Shown here: positions 1 to 11,700 of the stretch, one piece after another | Numbering within the stretch: the first letter of the stretch is position 1 | How the letters are laid out: each line of letters opens with the position of its first letter | Source of the DNA: Hyaloraphidium curvatum SAG 235-1 | Lineage: Eukaryota > Fungi > Monoblepharomycota | NCBI GenBank assembly: GCA_025558095.1 | Contig: JAIVFI010000046.1 | Location: 1 to 64,000, forward strand | Direction: 5' to 3' | Length of the DNA: 64,000 bases | Position numbers and translations under genes: made by a program | The notes under the pieces: model-generated | Seen by the model: the letters and a program-made list of their open reading frames with translations, nothing else | Told to the model about the DNA's origin: nothing | Databases searched by the model: none

Positions 1-36
1 ACCGAACCCAAACGCGCCCGACACTCCGACCGCAGA

Positions 37-1323
37 ATGCTCGCCGAGAGACGGCCCGGCGGCGTTCCGGAGCGGGCGGCTTCAGCCATCTGGGGGCCGC
101 CGCAACCCCCGCGGCCCCAACCCCCGCGGCCCCCGCCGGCGCCGGCGCTGTCGCCCGCATCGCCACACTCTTCGCCCGCAACGCCGCACTCCTCCGCGGG
201 CTCCTCGGCGGGCTGCGCAGCGTGCAGCGCGAACCGCTCGAGTACATTCGACGAGGGACGCGCCCGCCGGAGGGACTTCAAGGTCCTGCGCGCGCTGGGA
301 GCCGGGACGTCGGGCTCCGTGCGCGCGGCGGTGTGTCGGAGCACCGGCGCGGGGGTGGCCGTCAAGTCGTACGCCAAAGCACCTCCGGAAGCGCGCTCCG
401 TCGGGCCCCCCGGCCCCTCGGGGTCTCGCGGCCGGGGCGGCGCCGGCTGCGACCCCGCGGCCCTCCGGCGCCGCGTGGCCGCCATCGCGGACCTCCGTCA
501 CCCGAACCTGCTCGAGGTGTACGAGTTTTTCGAGACCAGCCAGTCGTGCTACACCGTCATGGAGCTGGCACAGGGCGGGGACCTGGACTCCTACCAGTCG
601 TTGATGGGCAAGTTGCCCGAACGAGACATTGGCTCCATTCTGCACGGCATCCTCTCCGGTCTGGCCTACCTGCACTCCCGCGGAATCGCCCACAGGGACG
701 TCAAGCCGGGCAACGTGCTGCTGCGCACGAGGGATGACCCGTCCTCGGTGGTCCTGGCCGACTTTGACGGCTCCTTCGTCTCCGGACCCGGGGAGGACGC
801 TCCCGGCATGAGGATCCTCGTCGGCACGCCCTACTTCCTGGCCCCGGAGCTGGTTTCGGGGAAGGACTATGGCCCCGAGGTCGATGTCTACTCGGCCGGC
901 TGCATCGCCTTCCTCCTGACGTGCGGCCGCACCCCCTTCGAGGACTCTTCCTCCTTTGCCGAGCTCTATTCGCGGATCTCCCGCGGAGGCTGGACGTTCC
1001 CCAGCACCGCCCGCATCTCTCGGCCGCTCGAGGACCTCATCCGGAGCATGCTCAGGACGGACCCGGCCCGGCGCCCCTCGGCCTCGGCTGCCCTCGCGCA
1101 TACCTTCTTCGCCTTGGGATCGCGGCGGAGGTCAGCCAGCGGCGTTCGGGTGCGGTTCGACGAGCGGACGGGGGAGCTGTTCCCCGACGAAGGCGGGACG
1201 GCGCCGGGCGGTACGGGCTGGGCGGAGTCGGGGGCCGAGGCGGTGGAGCTGGCGTTGGGAAAGAGGGCCGCCGTGGTGAGGGCACGACAGGTGGTCCTCG
1301 GCAGGGAGGCTGCGTCCGTGTAG
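37..1323 (+). CDS. Atypical CAMK-like Ser/Thr kinase, copy 1 (DFD motif), intronless
   Basis: LGAGTSG Gly-loop, VAVK, HRDVKPGN, ADFDGSF, GTPYFLAPE, DVYSAG, and C-terminal SGVRVRFDERTGEL motif. Confidence 0.9.
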   Translation: MLAERRPGGVPERAASAIWGPPQPPRPQPPRPPPAPALSPASPHSSPATPHSSAGSSAGCAACSANRSSTFDEGRARRRDFKVLRALGAGTSGSVRAAVCRSTGAGVAVKSYAKAPPEARSVGPPGPSGSRGRGGAGCDPAALRRRVAAIADLRHPNLLEVYEFFETSQSCYTVMELAQGGDLDSYQSLMGKLPERDIGSILHGILSGLAYLHSRGIAHRDVKPGNVLLRTRDDPSSVVLADFDGSFVSGPGEDAPGMRILVGTPYFLAPELVSGKDYGPEVDVYSAGCIAFLLTCGRTPFEDSSSFAELYSRISRGGWTFPSTARISRPLEDLIRSMLRTDPARRPSASAALAHTFFALGSRRRSASGVRVRFDERTGELFPDEGGTAPGGTGWAESGAEAVELALGKRAAVVRARQVVLGREAASV

Positions 1324-1977
1324 CAAGGGCAAAATGTGTTTGTGGTTTTGCGTGTCATTCGAAGTGCCCTGCACCTGCATCCGGCCGCCAGCCCTCTCCG
1401 CGACGCATACCCGCATCGGATTGGCTCTCTGTTTCTGCCGTTTGCGCCTGCCGGAGGAGTTCGGCGTGCGGCGCCCGCCAAGGGGCGACCCCGGCCGAAT
1501 CCCGCCCGTGTGGCGCTGGGAGCACAGCCATCGGAACCACCGCGATCCCTCGCACCGCCGGGGCCGAATGACGGGGCGGACAAGGCTACCCGTAAAACAC
1601 ATGCCATCGGGCCACCGGCAGAGCTTACCGGTCGGGTTTTCCATCGATTTTGGCTGCGGGCCGGCAAACGGACGCCGGCACCGCTTTGCCGCGGACCTCC
1701 TTCCCCTGCCGCCGTACTTCACTTCCGAGTGCATTCACCCGAGGCGAGCCCCTTCGCGTCGCGGTAAACACCGGCTTCCAATCACTTGCCGCGGGCGCCG
1801 GAGCCGGCCCATGCGGACCTGCGCGTCCGATCGCTTGGGACACTGGCCGCGCCCTTAGAGTTGGGGATCGGCCAGCCGAGTCTAGCCGCTTCCGCTGCGG
1901 TGCTGTGGTCCCCGCTCGGACCAGTTTCGAAATCCCGAGGGGCGAACCACCAACCCATCCCTCGCCTGCAGAAAGGA

Positions 1978-3171
1978 ATGTCCTCGCAGACGCGAAACGC
2001 AGCCGCCGCCGCCATGCACGCCCTACCGGCCCCTCCGCGGGCCGCTCCGACGTCGCCGCCGCCGCCGATCCCCTCGCCACCGCTGTCCTCCCCCGGCGCC
2101 CCGCCGGGCTGCGAAGGCTGCAAGGCGTGCCGCTCGAGGGCATTCGCCGAGGGCCGCGCCCGCCGGAAGGACCTCGAGGTTCTGCGCACGCTCGGCGCGG
2201 GGACTTCGGGCATCGTGCAGTCCGCCGTCTGCAGGCGCACCGGGGCGGTGGTGGCCGTCAAGTCGTGCCGCAAGGCCGCGCGCGAGGCATACCTCCCCCC
2301 CGTTTTGCGGGCGCCATCGGGCCCCGGAGCCGACCCCGTCTCGCTGCGCCGCCGGGTGGACGCCATTGCGGGTCTTCGCCACCCCAACCTCCTCGAGGTG
2401 TACGAGTTCTTTGAGACCCGCGACTCCTGCTACGCCGTCATGGAGCTCGCGCAGGGCGGGGACCTGGACGCGTACCTCGCGTCCACGGGCAAGCTGCCGG
2501 AAAGGGACATCCGCTCCGTCCTGCACGGCATCCTCTCGGGCCTCGCCTACCTGCACTCCCGCGGAATCGCCCACAGGGACGTGAAACCGGCCAACGTGCT
2601 GCTGCGCACCGAAGACGACCCCGCGTCGGTGGTCCTCGCCGACTTCGACGGCTCCTTCGTCTCGGAGCCCGGGGAGAGCTCTGCGGGCATGAAGACCCTC
2701 GTCGGCACCCCCTACTTCCTGGCCCCGGAGCTCGTTTCGGGGAAGGACTATGGCCCCGAGATCGATGTCTACTCGGCTGGCTGCATCGCGTTCCTCCTCG
2801 CGTGCGGCCGCACCCCGTTCCAGGACTCTTCATCCTTTACCGAGCTGTACTCCCGTATATCCCGCGGGGGCTGGACGTTCCCCAGCGCCGCCCGCATCTC
2901 TCGGCCGCTGGAGGACCTCATCCGGACCATGCTCAGGACGGATCCGGCCCGGCGCCCTTCGGCATCGGAGGCCCTCGCGCATCCCTTCTTCGCCTCGGGA
3001 TCGGGGCAGAGGTCGGCCAGCGGGGTCCGGGTGCGGTTCGACGAGCGGACGGGGGAGCTGTACCCCGACGACGGCGGCGCTGCGCCCGGCCGGACGGGGT
3101 GGGCGGAATCGGGGGCCGAGGCGGTGGAACTGGCGTTGGGAATGCGGGCCGCCGCAGTGAGGGCGCCATAA
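1978..3171 (+). CDS. Atypical CAMK-like kinase, copy 2, intronless (start ATG 1978 or 2014)
   Basis: Same motifs as copy 1 (VAVK, HRDVKPAN, DFDGSF, APE). TAA at 3169 replaces copy 1's CAG, which shortens the tail. Confidence 0.88.
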   Translation: MSSQTRNAAAAAMHALPAPPRAAPTSPPPPIPSPPLSSPGAPPGCEGCKACRSRAFAEGRARRKDLEVLRTLGAGTSGIVQSAVCRRTGAVVAVKSCRKAAREAYLPPVLRAPSGPGADPVSLRRRVDAIAGLRHPNLLEVYEFFETRDSCYAVMELAQGGDLDAYLASTGKLPERDIRSVLHGILSGLAYLHSRGIAHRDVKPANVLLRTEDDPASVVLADFDGSFVSEPGESSAGMKTLVGTPYFLAPELVSGKDYGPEIDVYSAGCIAFLLACGRTPFQDSSSFTELYSRISRGGWTFPSAARISRPLEDLIRTMLRTDPARRPSASEALAHPFFASGSGQRSASGVRVRFDERTGELYPDDGGAAPGRTGWAESGAEAVELALGMRAAAVRAP

Positions 3172-3804
3172 GTGGTCTTTGGCGGGGTAACTAGCCGGCC
3201 TAGAGAGAGCACATGTTCGTGTGGTCGTGATTGGCATTCGAAGCAGTCTGCTGCGCTGTTTGCGAGATAGTGAGCCGGGTCCGGCTTTGGTTGCCCGCTG
3301 ATGGAGACCGTGATGGGTCCTCGGGACTCCGAGGGGGGCGGTCCTTGGGAGACGGCGAGGACGGCCCTGGTGGCGCATCCGCATGTCGGGGCTGGGGCAT
3401 GGCTACGGTGTCCGATCCCGCCCGAAACGCTCTGAACGCTCGCTGGCGCCCGGCTGCGCTCCGGAGCTCGTCCGGTGGTAGATTTAGAAATCCCCCTTCC
3501 TAGTCGAGGCCATTTCGTGGGATTTTCGGCGGGTTTTCAATTGGGTCCGCGGTCGCCCACCGCATTGCCGACGACCCCTGAATCCCTCGGACTTTCGGGC
3601 AAGTCGGCCCGCGTCTGCCGCACGTTCCAACTACGCTACCCAAATATACTGTTATGGCACGTTCTTCCGGAAGTGCGGCGCACCCTCCGGTGCGGCCGTA
3701 TGCACGCCAGCACGTCGCGATCGACGCTCGCCGTGTGAGGGAAGGTCGGGCCGACTGCCCGAGATCAACCGCCCACCGCAGCTCGCCGACGACCTCCTCC
3801 GGCA

Positions 3805-5040
3805 ATGGCGCCCGCCCACGGCCCGTCGGAGGGTTTCGCTGACACACCCGCCCCGCAACCGCCGCCTCCGTCGCGCGCCGGCGCCGCGCGGTCCCCCGCG
3901 CCGCCGCGCCATTCCCCGCCCTCCTCCGCCGGCTCCGCGTCCGGCTGCGAGACGTGCGAGCCGCGTCGGCCGCGCGTGTTCGCAGAGGGCCGCGCCCGCC
4001 GCAGGGATCTCAAGATGCTGCGCGCGCTGGGCGCCGGCACGTCGGGCATCGTGCGGTCGGCGCTCTGCAGGACCACCGGAGACGTCGTCGCCGTCAAATC
4101 GTGCCGCAAGATCGAGGCGGGGTTTCGCGGACCGCCGGCGCCGCCCGGCAACCCCGCCCTCGGAGGCGCTGGCTTCGATTGCGAAGCGCTCCGCCGCCGG
4201 GTGGCCGCAATCGCAGACCTCCGTCACCCGAACCTGCTCGAGGTGTACGAGTTTTTCGAGACACGGGAGTCTTGCTACGTGATCATGGAGCTGGCTGAAG
4301 GAGGCGACCTGGACTCGTACCTCTCCTCCGTGGGCAAGCTGCCCGAAAGGGACATTCGAGCCGTCCTGCACGGCATCCTCTCCGGCCTGGCCTACCTGCA
4401 TTCTCGTGGAATCGCCCACAGAGACGTGAAGCCGGGCAACGTGCTGCTTCGTGCCAAGGACGACCCCTCGTCCGTCGTCCTCGCTGACTTCGATGGCTCG
4501 TTCGTCGCAGATCCGGACGACACCTCCCCGGTTATGAAAACGCTCGTTGGAACGCCATATTTCCTGGCCCCAGAGCTGGTTTCGGGGAAGGACTATGGCC
4601 CCGAGGTCGATGTCTACTCGGCCGGCTGCATTGCCTTCCTCCTGGCGTGCGGCCGCACCCCCTTCGAGGACTCTTCCTCCTTTGCCGAGCTCTACTCCCG
4701 GATATCCCGCGGGGGTTGGGCCTTCCCCAGCAGCGCGAAGATCTCCCGCCCCCTCGAGGACCTCATCCGGAGCATGCTCGAGACGGACCCCTCGCGCCGA
4801 CTGTCGGCATCGGCGGCCCTCGCCCACCCCTTTTTCGCCCTCGGGTCGAGGCGGAGGTCTTCGAGCGGGGTCAAGGTGCGGTTCGACGAACGGACGGGGG
4901 AACTGTTCCCCGAGGACGGCGGCGGCGCGCCTGAAGGGGTGGTCACCGGAGACGAGGCGGCCGAGCGGGCTCGCGCCATACAGGTTGCGGTGCTTAGGGC
5001 GCGGCATGGGGTGCACGGGCGGGAGCCGTCGTCGGAATAG
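3805..5040 (+). CDS. Atypical CAMK-like kinase, copy 3, intronless
   Basis: Complete kinase motif set, DFDGSF, SGVKVRFDERTGEL. Confidence 0.9.
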   Translation: MAPAHGPSEGFADTPAPQPPPPSRAGAARSPAPPRHSPPSSAGSASGCETCEPRRPRVFAEGRARRRDLKMLRALGAGTSGIVRSALCRTTGDVVAVKSCRKIEAGFRGPPAPPGNPALGGAGFDCEALRRRVAAIADLRHPNLLEVYEFFETRESCYVIMELAEGGDLDSYLSSVGKLPERDIRAVLHGILSGLAYLHSRGIAHRDVKPGNVLLRAKDDPSSVVLADFDGSFVADPDDTSPVMKTLVGTPYFLAPELVSGKDYGPEVDVYSAGCIAFLLACGRTPFEDSSSFAELYSRISRGGWAFPSSAKISRPLEDLIRSMLETDPSRRLSASAALAHPFFALGSRRRSSSGVKVRFDERTGELFPEDGGGAPEGVVTGDEAAERARAIQVAVLRARHGVHGREPSSE

Positions 5041-5385
5041 TTGGTTCGGTAGCTTTCTTGATTGGATGCAGTTTTCGTGTCGATGTCCGGACTCGTGCTC
5101 CAGGCGCCATGCCAAGTTCTTCCGCCCGGTCTCCAATCGGGGATGACGCAACCCGGCGGCCCAGTAAGATCGCATTGGTCCCGCGAGCGCCGGCCGCACG
5201 GTGACCGGTCATCTCGCGATGCGTCAGGGCAACGCCAAGTCCGACTATTCCGAGGCACCCCTCGCTGCCGTACACTCCGGAGCGGCGGCGAAATCGGCGA
5301 TCCGATGCCGCGGGTGGTTCCTTGAGGGCCGCCTATCGCGTCGGGGCTTCGATTCTGGAGCGTCCCTACCCCTGCCCCAACCGGA

Positions 5386-6766
5386 ATGCAAGCCGTGCGG
5401 CCTCCCTCGAGTCCCTCCTCCCTGGCCGGGCGTCCGGACCTCCGTCCGTGCAGCCGCGCCGGCGCCGACCCCGCCTCGCCGCCGCGGCGGTGCTTCCCGG
5501 GACCCAACGCCCGCACCCTGTCCTCCAGCAGCAGCTCAGGGTCCCCCGACCCCGCCGACGACGCCGGTGCGGACGGGGAGGACACCTACTCCCACGGCCG
5601 GGCGCGGCGGCGGGCGTACAAGATGCTCCGCTTCGTCGGCGCGGGCGCGTCGGGAACGGTCAGGGCCGCCGTGAGCCTGCAGACTGGCGAGGTCGTCGCG
5701 CTCACGGCCTCGCGGAAGCAGACGCCGGCGGACGACCCTGGGTCCGAGATCGCTTTCGGGCCCTGGGACGCGGAGATTCGCCGGCGCTACGCGGTGATGG
5801 CGGAACTGCGTCACCCCAACCTGGCGCGGATACACGAGTTCTTTGCCACTGCGAACAAGTTCTATGCGGCCATGGAGCTCGCCGAAGGAGGGGTGGGTCC
5901 ACGTGGCATCCCGCCCACCCCGACGCTCTCTGACCAGCGCTGCTGCAGAACCTCGAGAGCTACGTCGGCCGCGGGAAGATGCTCCCCGAAACCGACATCC
6001 GAGTGGTGCTCCAGGCCATTCTCGACGGACTTGCCTACCTCCACAGCCACCGCATCGCGCACCGCGACGTGAAGCCGGCCAACGTCCTCCTGCGCCGCCA
6101 ACAAGACCTCTCCTCGGTGGTCCCCGCCGACTTTGACGGCTCCTTCGTCTCCGACGGCAACGAAACCTCCCCCAACATGCGGACCCTCGTCGGCACGCCC
6201 TTCTTCCTCGCCCCCGAGATTGCCCTCGGCCGCCCGTATGGGATCCCCGTCGACGTCTATTCAGCGGGCTGCATCGCCTTCTACCTCGCCTGCGGCCGCA
6301 CCCCGTTCGAAAACGCCACCAGCTTTGACCGGCTCTACCATCGGATCTCGACCGGCGACTGGCGGTTCCCCAAGGGCGCGACGTGCCGGCCGCCCTTGAG
6401 GACCTCGTGCGGCGGATGCTCGCGACGGACCCCGCAGGAAGGATCGCAGCGTCGGGGGCACTGGACCACCCGTTCTTCGCAAAGGCGAGGCGGAGGCTGA
6501 GCGGCGTGGAGGTCTGGTACGATCTGAGCACGGGTGAGCTGGTGGCGTGCAGCGGAGCCGAGGCGTGCAGCGCGCTATGGACGGGGACCAATGTGCACTC
6601 TGCTATCCAATACCTGGACTTCCTGCGCTTCTATGCGCGACGTCTTGACGACGTGGACCTAGAGTGCTGTCTGTCGTCGGGATCGGGTAAGCTGGCGGCG
6701 CTCGGGGGTGCAAGTGGTTTAGGGACCACTCGCCGGAACGAAACCGCCCGCGTCCCTCGGCTATGA
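5386..6766 (+). pseudogene. Kinase copy 4; intron 5893-5948; catalytic Lys lost and 1-nt frameshift near 6381
   Basis: Splicing GTGGGT..CTGAC..TGCAG joins MELAEGG to NLESYV. VALT replaces VAxK. The frame switches from WRFPKGA to PAALEDL, where copy 5 reads [13 protein letters not shown]. Confidence 0.75.
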
Positions 6767-6991
6767 ACCCGCGGCGCATGCGGTGCCTGAACCGATACTC
6801 GGGACTGTTCGCTCTGCATCCTGGGACCACCGGGCGGTGACCGGATCGGAGAAAGGCGCCGACTCGTGGTTTGCCAGGGGAGTTCGCAGGGGATCCCGGA
6901 ATCTGGGCCGGCCTCGACCGAGTGTCCCCTGCACCGCTTCCCGCTCGTTCCCCGATTCCAATCCCGCCGCCTCTTCCCCAGTTCCTTCCGT

Positions 6992-8217
6992 ATGGCGCAC
7001 CCTGCTCCTACGTGGACCACAGCGGCCGGAGACCTCCCAGATCTCCGCAGCTGGAGGCGGCCGGCCGTGCGGCCCCTCGCCGGCCCGGAGGAGGCGGCCG
7101 CGGTCGTCGACGCCCGCCGCCCGTCGGTGGTTTCGACGACGTCCTCCGACGGGGCGCCCGCCGAGTCGCCCGACGCCGTCGCCCGCGGCCGGGCGCGACG
7201 CAGGGCCTACCGTTCGTCGCGCACGCTGGGGAGCGGCGCGAGCGGGACCGTGCGGGCGGCGGTGAACCGGGAAACAGGGGCCGCGGTGGCGATAAAGGTA
7301 ACCCGCCGCGGGGGCCCCGTGGACGACTGGGGCCGGTCGGGAGGGACTTCCGGGACCGCAGAAGAGGCCGGGCGCCGGTTCGACGCGCTGGCTTCCCTGG
7401 AGCACCCGAACGTGCTTTCCGTCGTCGAGTTCTTCGAGACCCGGCGAGCCTTCTATCTGGTCATGGAGCTCGCCGACGGAGGGGTAAGCACTATCGCGGG
7501 GCGACAAGGCTGGGTTGGTTCTGACGAGCCCCCGCACAGGACCTGCAGGACTATGCGCGGCGCCGGGGGACGCTCGAAGAGGACGACATCCGCGGGGTAC
7601 TGCGGTGCATCCTCCGCGGCCTGGCCTACCTCCACGCCCACGGCATCGTCCATCGCGACGTCAAGCCTAGCAACGTGCTCCTCCGGCGGCGGGACGACCC
7701 GCGCTCGGCGGCCCTGGCCGACTTCGATGGCTCCTTCTTTTCCCGCGACGACGCCGGGGGAACACCGCCCAACATGCGCACCCTCGTCGGCACACCCTCG
7801 TACATGGCACCCGAGGTCGCCCTGGGCCGCCCGTACGGGGCCGAGGTCGACGTCTACTCGACGGGCTGCATAGCCTTCCACCTTGCCTGCGGGCGGACGC
7901 CGTTCCAGGATGCAGGCAGTTTCGAGGAGCTCTATCAGCGCATATCGGCCGGAGTCTGGCGGTTCCCGGAAGGCGCAAAAGTACCCGCCGCGCTCGGCGA
8001 CCTCGTCGGGCGGATGCTCGAAACCGATCCCGCGAAGCGCATCTCGGTGGCGGAGGCGCTCGACCATCCCTTTCTCGCCGAGTCCAGGCGCAAGCTGAGC
8101 GGGGTGGAGGTGATGTACGATGAGGGCACGGGGGAGCTGGTGGCCTACTGCAGGCGCGAGGAGCCTTCGGCGTGGTCCGAGCGCGGGGAAGCAGGGGTCG
8201 TGGAGAGCGCCGTATAA
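6992..8217 (+). CDS. Kinase copy 5; exons 6992-7483 and 7540-8217
   Basis: GTAAGC..CTGAC..CACAG intron (7484-7539) joins MELADGG to DLQDY; [22 protein letters not shown]. Confidence 0.85.
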
Positions 8218-8389
8218 TGTGGAGCCCGCCTTTGTCATCCATCTGCGACCGGTCTGTCTTCAGGTGAGAACGGCTGTGTCGGAAACCGATCGGGAAGGGC
8301 GAGCGGCTCGGCATGGAGATCCCCAAAAGGTCCACGACCATGATCATTTGCAGCTGCTATGTAAGCAAGGCAAAAGCAGCAGCGCAAAC

Positions 8390-8714
8390 TCTCGGAGCCC
8401 CTGGAGGACCTCAGCCGGCGGATGCTCGAGCTGGACCCGGCCGTGCGCATCACTGCATCCCAGGCGCTGCGGCATGACTTCATTCAGCGGGGTGGCAGGC
8501 GAGGGTCCAGCTCGGGCAGAGGGTCATGTACGATCCCCGGACCGGGGAACTGAAGCCCGAGGGGAACTCTTGGGCGACGACCGCGAAAACCGAGGCCTTG
8601 GAGAGGGCGCTGACCCTGCGGACAGGGGGGCAGAGGGTGGAATCGAAGGCGGAGGAGCAGTCGGTCAACGACGTTCGCCGGCCGCTCCAGGACGGGCCTG
8701 CCGGTAGGAAATGA
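8390..8714 (+). pseudogene. C-terminal relic of a sixth kinase copy
   Basis: Reads PLEDLSRRMLELDPAVRITASQALRHDF and then, frameshifted, VMYDPRTGEL; no N-lobe upstream. Confidence 0.7.
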
Positions 8715-8797
8715 CCTCGATCCGTAATCCGTTCTCTTCTTTCTGCCGCGTACAAGACTCGAGAAGCGTAGCGTGCAGCATTCCCGCCCCCCATCCG

Positions 8798-11700
8798 TCA
8801 CCCCGGCCCGCGCTCCCGCAGCCGCCGGCGGTACTCTTCCAGCACGTTCACGAGCGGGCCGGCCTTCGGCGTGTCCGACGAGGCGGTGGCGGTTTCGTCA
8901 TCCGCGGGTCCGTCATCAGGCATGTTGGCGGCGGGGGAAGCGGAAACGGGTCCGTTCGGATCCGTCTGGTCCGTGGCCGAGTCTGCGTCCGTTGACGCCG
9001 GGGCCGCGGCGCCGGCTTCGACCGCCATGGAATCCGCGAGATCGGGCTCCGGAGAGTCTGGCCAATCCTCGTCCATGCCACCGTGCTCCAAGCCCATCTT
9101 GGTGTCGTCCAGGATGTCGGAATCGGGCGGTCCTGCCTCGAGACCAGACGCCTCGCCTTCGACGGTCGTCTCCAGTGCCGCACCTGCCCCCTCCTCCCGC
9201 ACCTTGTCGCCAACCCGCCCACTGTCCGCCTCGACGGTGATGCCGAGTTCGGCCAAACGGCTCCTGGCGGCCCTGACCTCGTTGGCTGTCCCCAAGGAAC
9301 GAGTACACCACTTGTACACGCACCTGTTCACATAGTCGAGGGACGACAGCCCGCCTAGCAATGTTCTGGCATGCGCCAGTAGTGGTTATGGCAAACACCA
9401 TTCCGTCAACCACAACGACAGACATGGTCCGCTCGTCGCCTGTCGAATGAATGTACCGCAGCTCGGTCCGGGTCCACCCGGCCGCGGTCGCCATTGCCTC
9501 GAAGCGGACCCTGAGCGCGGCTTCCAACATTTTGAGCTCCGCTGCGAGCTCCGGATCCCTCGGATCCCCCAGCTCCAGTGCGGTGGAACCTGCACCGTGT
9601 GCGACGCTCCAAAGGCGGTCGCGCGCGCAGTAAACGGCCTTCCTTCCAGAAAGCGCTCAGAGATGAGAAGGGCGACATCCCGGCCCCGAGGACCCGGCCT
9701 CCCGAGAGAACTTCGACCAACGGGCAGCCGTTCCGCTCCGAGACTCGATACTCCAGGGATCCGTGCCCTTGCTCCGCGCCAGCAGCCTCCAGCTGCGACT
9801 TCTGCGAGGCAAGCTGCCGTAGATCGCTGTGCATCTTGAGCATGCCGAGAAGCATGGCCCGTTTCGGGGTTTGCTTAGTAAAGGTTATCCGGTTGGGGAA
9901 GTTGTCGAGCAGACAGTCGAAGACATTGCGCAGCCCGCTGACGTCTCCATCGACAGGGGTAACCACGCAGCGCACGTCGCCGAAACCCATCTCCGCAGCC
10001 GCCTGGCGGAGCTTCTCTCCAGCGAGGGTGAGGTCGGGCTCCGGATCGGCGTGCGCTCGGGTAGCGGCGGGCAACTGGAGTCTCCCGGAGCCGTCAACGC
10101 GAAGCGCGCTGTTGGCCGCGCGCTCGCGGGCCCACAGTTCCATTGACGACCTCGCGCGCGCAAGCACCCGATCGCCCAACAGAACCTCCGCGACGTAGAC
10201 TTTGCTGGTCGGCTTTGAGACTCGGAACTCTGGAGCACCGAGCCCTGCGTACGATGCCGCTTCGTTTAGCCACCTGATGAGATCGACAAGGCGGCCCAGC
10301 TGCAATGTCGCTTCGCGGACGCCGTTGAACCTGACGTGCCCGACCGACTCGAGGCTGGCGGAAGCCCGCCCAAGGGCGTCGCCGAGCCACAAGCAAAACC
10401 GCTATTGCGATGAGCCCGTGCTCGTCACCTCCGGGGTGACAGTCCACCGCACATTCTCGAACCCCAAGCTCCGCCGCCAGCTGGCGCATTTGCGGCTCCT
10501 CCTTGGCCGCAAGGGCGGCGAACCTCTCGTCCCTGTCGGCCAGCTGCTCTTCGCTCAAGGGTTGGCGATGAAGCGGCAGTTTCGGCTTGTCAGCATGGTC
10601 CAGCGAGGGCGCGGCGTCGGGCTCAGCCGCGCTCGGATCAGCAGTACGGCGCGCAGCCGTTGCATTGGCCGCAAAGTTCCCCCGTTCCACCACCGCCAGC
10701 GCTGCCGTGATCGCCTCGCGCCTGGCCTTTAGTTCCAGCCGCCGCCGCATCAGAGGGTTCGAACCGCTGATCCGATACTGTTTGTCGTGAAGCAGCGTCC
10801 GGCCCGCGGTGACGTGTGCGCGCACGACCGAGAGCTTCGCGCTCTTCCAGAAGCTGATTTTGACCTCTCCGAGACCCGCTTCCCGGGCCGCTGAGTCGAG
10901 CTTCTCCTGGAGCGCTTCCCCGAGCAGGGCACCCGAGATCTCCCTCGCGGCGCGCTCGAGGTACGGACCAAACACCCGCTCGACGACCCGCCTCGCGAGC
11001 TCGATCCCGCCGCTGACGTACACGGCGCCGACGAGGGCCTCCACGGCGTCCCCGAGGCGGTCCTTATTGGAAACGGAGCAGGCGACGAACCGGACGAGCT
11101 CGAGGTCCGTGGCGACCTTGGCGAGCATGTGGGCTCTGACCACACGCGACCGGAGCTCGGTGAGGATCCCCGGGGGCTCCTCGGGAAACCGGTGGTACAC
11201 CACGTCGGCGACGACGAAGCCGAGCACCGCGTCGCCGAGGAACTCGAGGCGCTCGTTGTCGTGGGGTGAGGCCTGACCGCGGGGGGTGAGGGCCAGCCGG
11301 AGCTGGTCGAGGTCCATGGCGACGCCGAGACGGGAGAGGAGGGGTGCGAGGCGCTGGCTGTCGCCCTGGTACGAGGGGACGGCCCGGGGAAGCTCCGCGC
11401 GGGCCCGCGGTGTCGGGGCCTGCTTCTTCTTCTTCAGAGGCTCCGGCCTCTCCTTTGTCTTGGCCGGTTCGGGAGGCGAGTCGATTGGAAAGAGCTCGTT
11501 CAGCACCAACAAAGGGTCGCGTCCCGGGACCGCAGCGGGTTGCGGCTCCATGGGAGCTGCCGGCACCAAAGTTACGTCCGGGGACGTCGAGTCTTCTGGA
11601 GGAATGGGTGGTCCTCCTGAACCGTCATCGTCGCCCGCCACGTCCACCAATGTCGGTTCCGGGGTATTCAGGGCTTCGACCGGGTCAGTCTCGCCGACGT

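Noticed and set aside
10402-10404. TAG aligned to Trp as an A-to-I editing-corrected stop
   Set aside because: A frameshift 60 nt upstream would still break the frame; an ordinary G-to-A transition explains it
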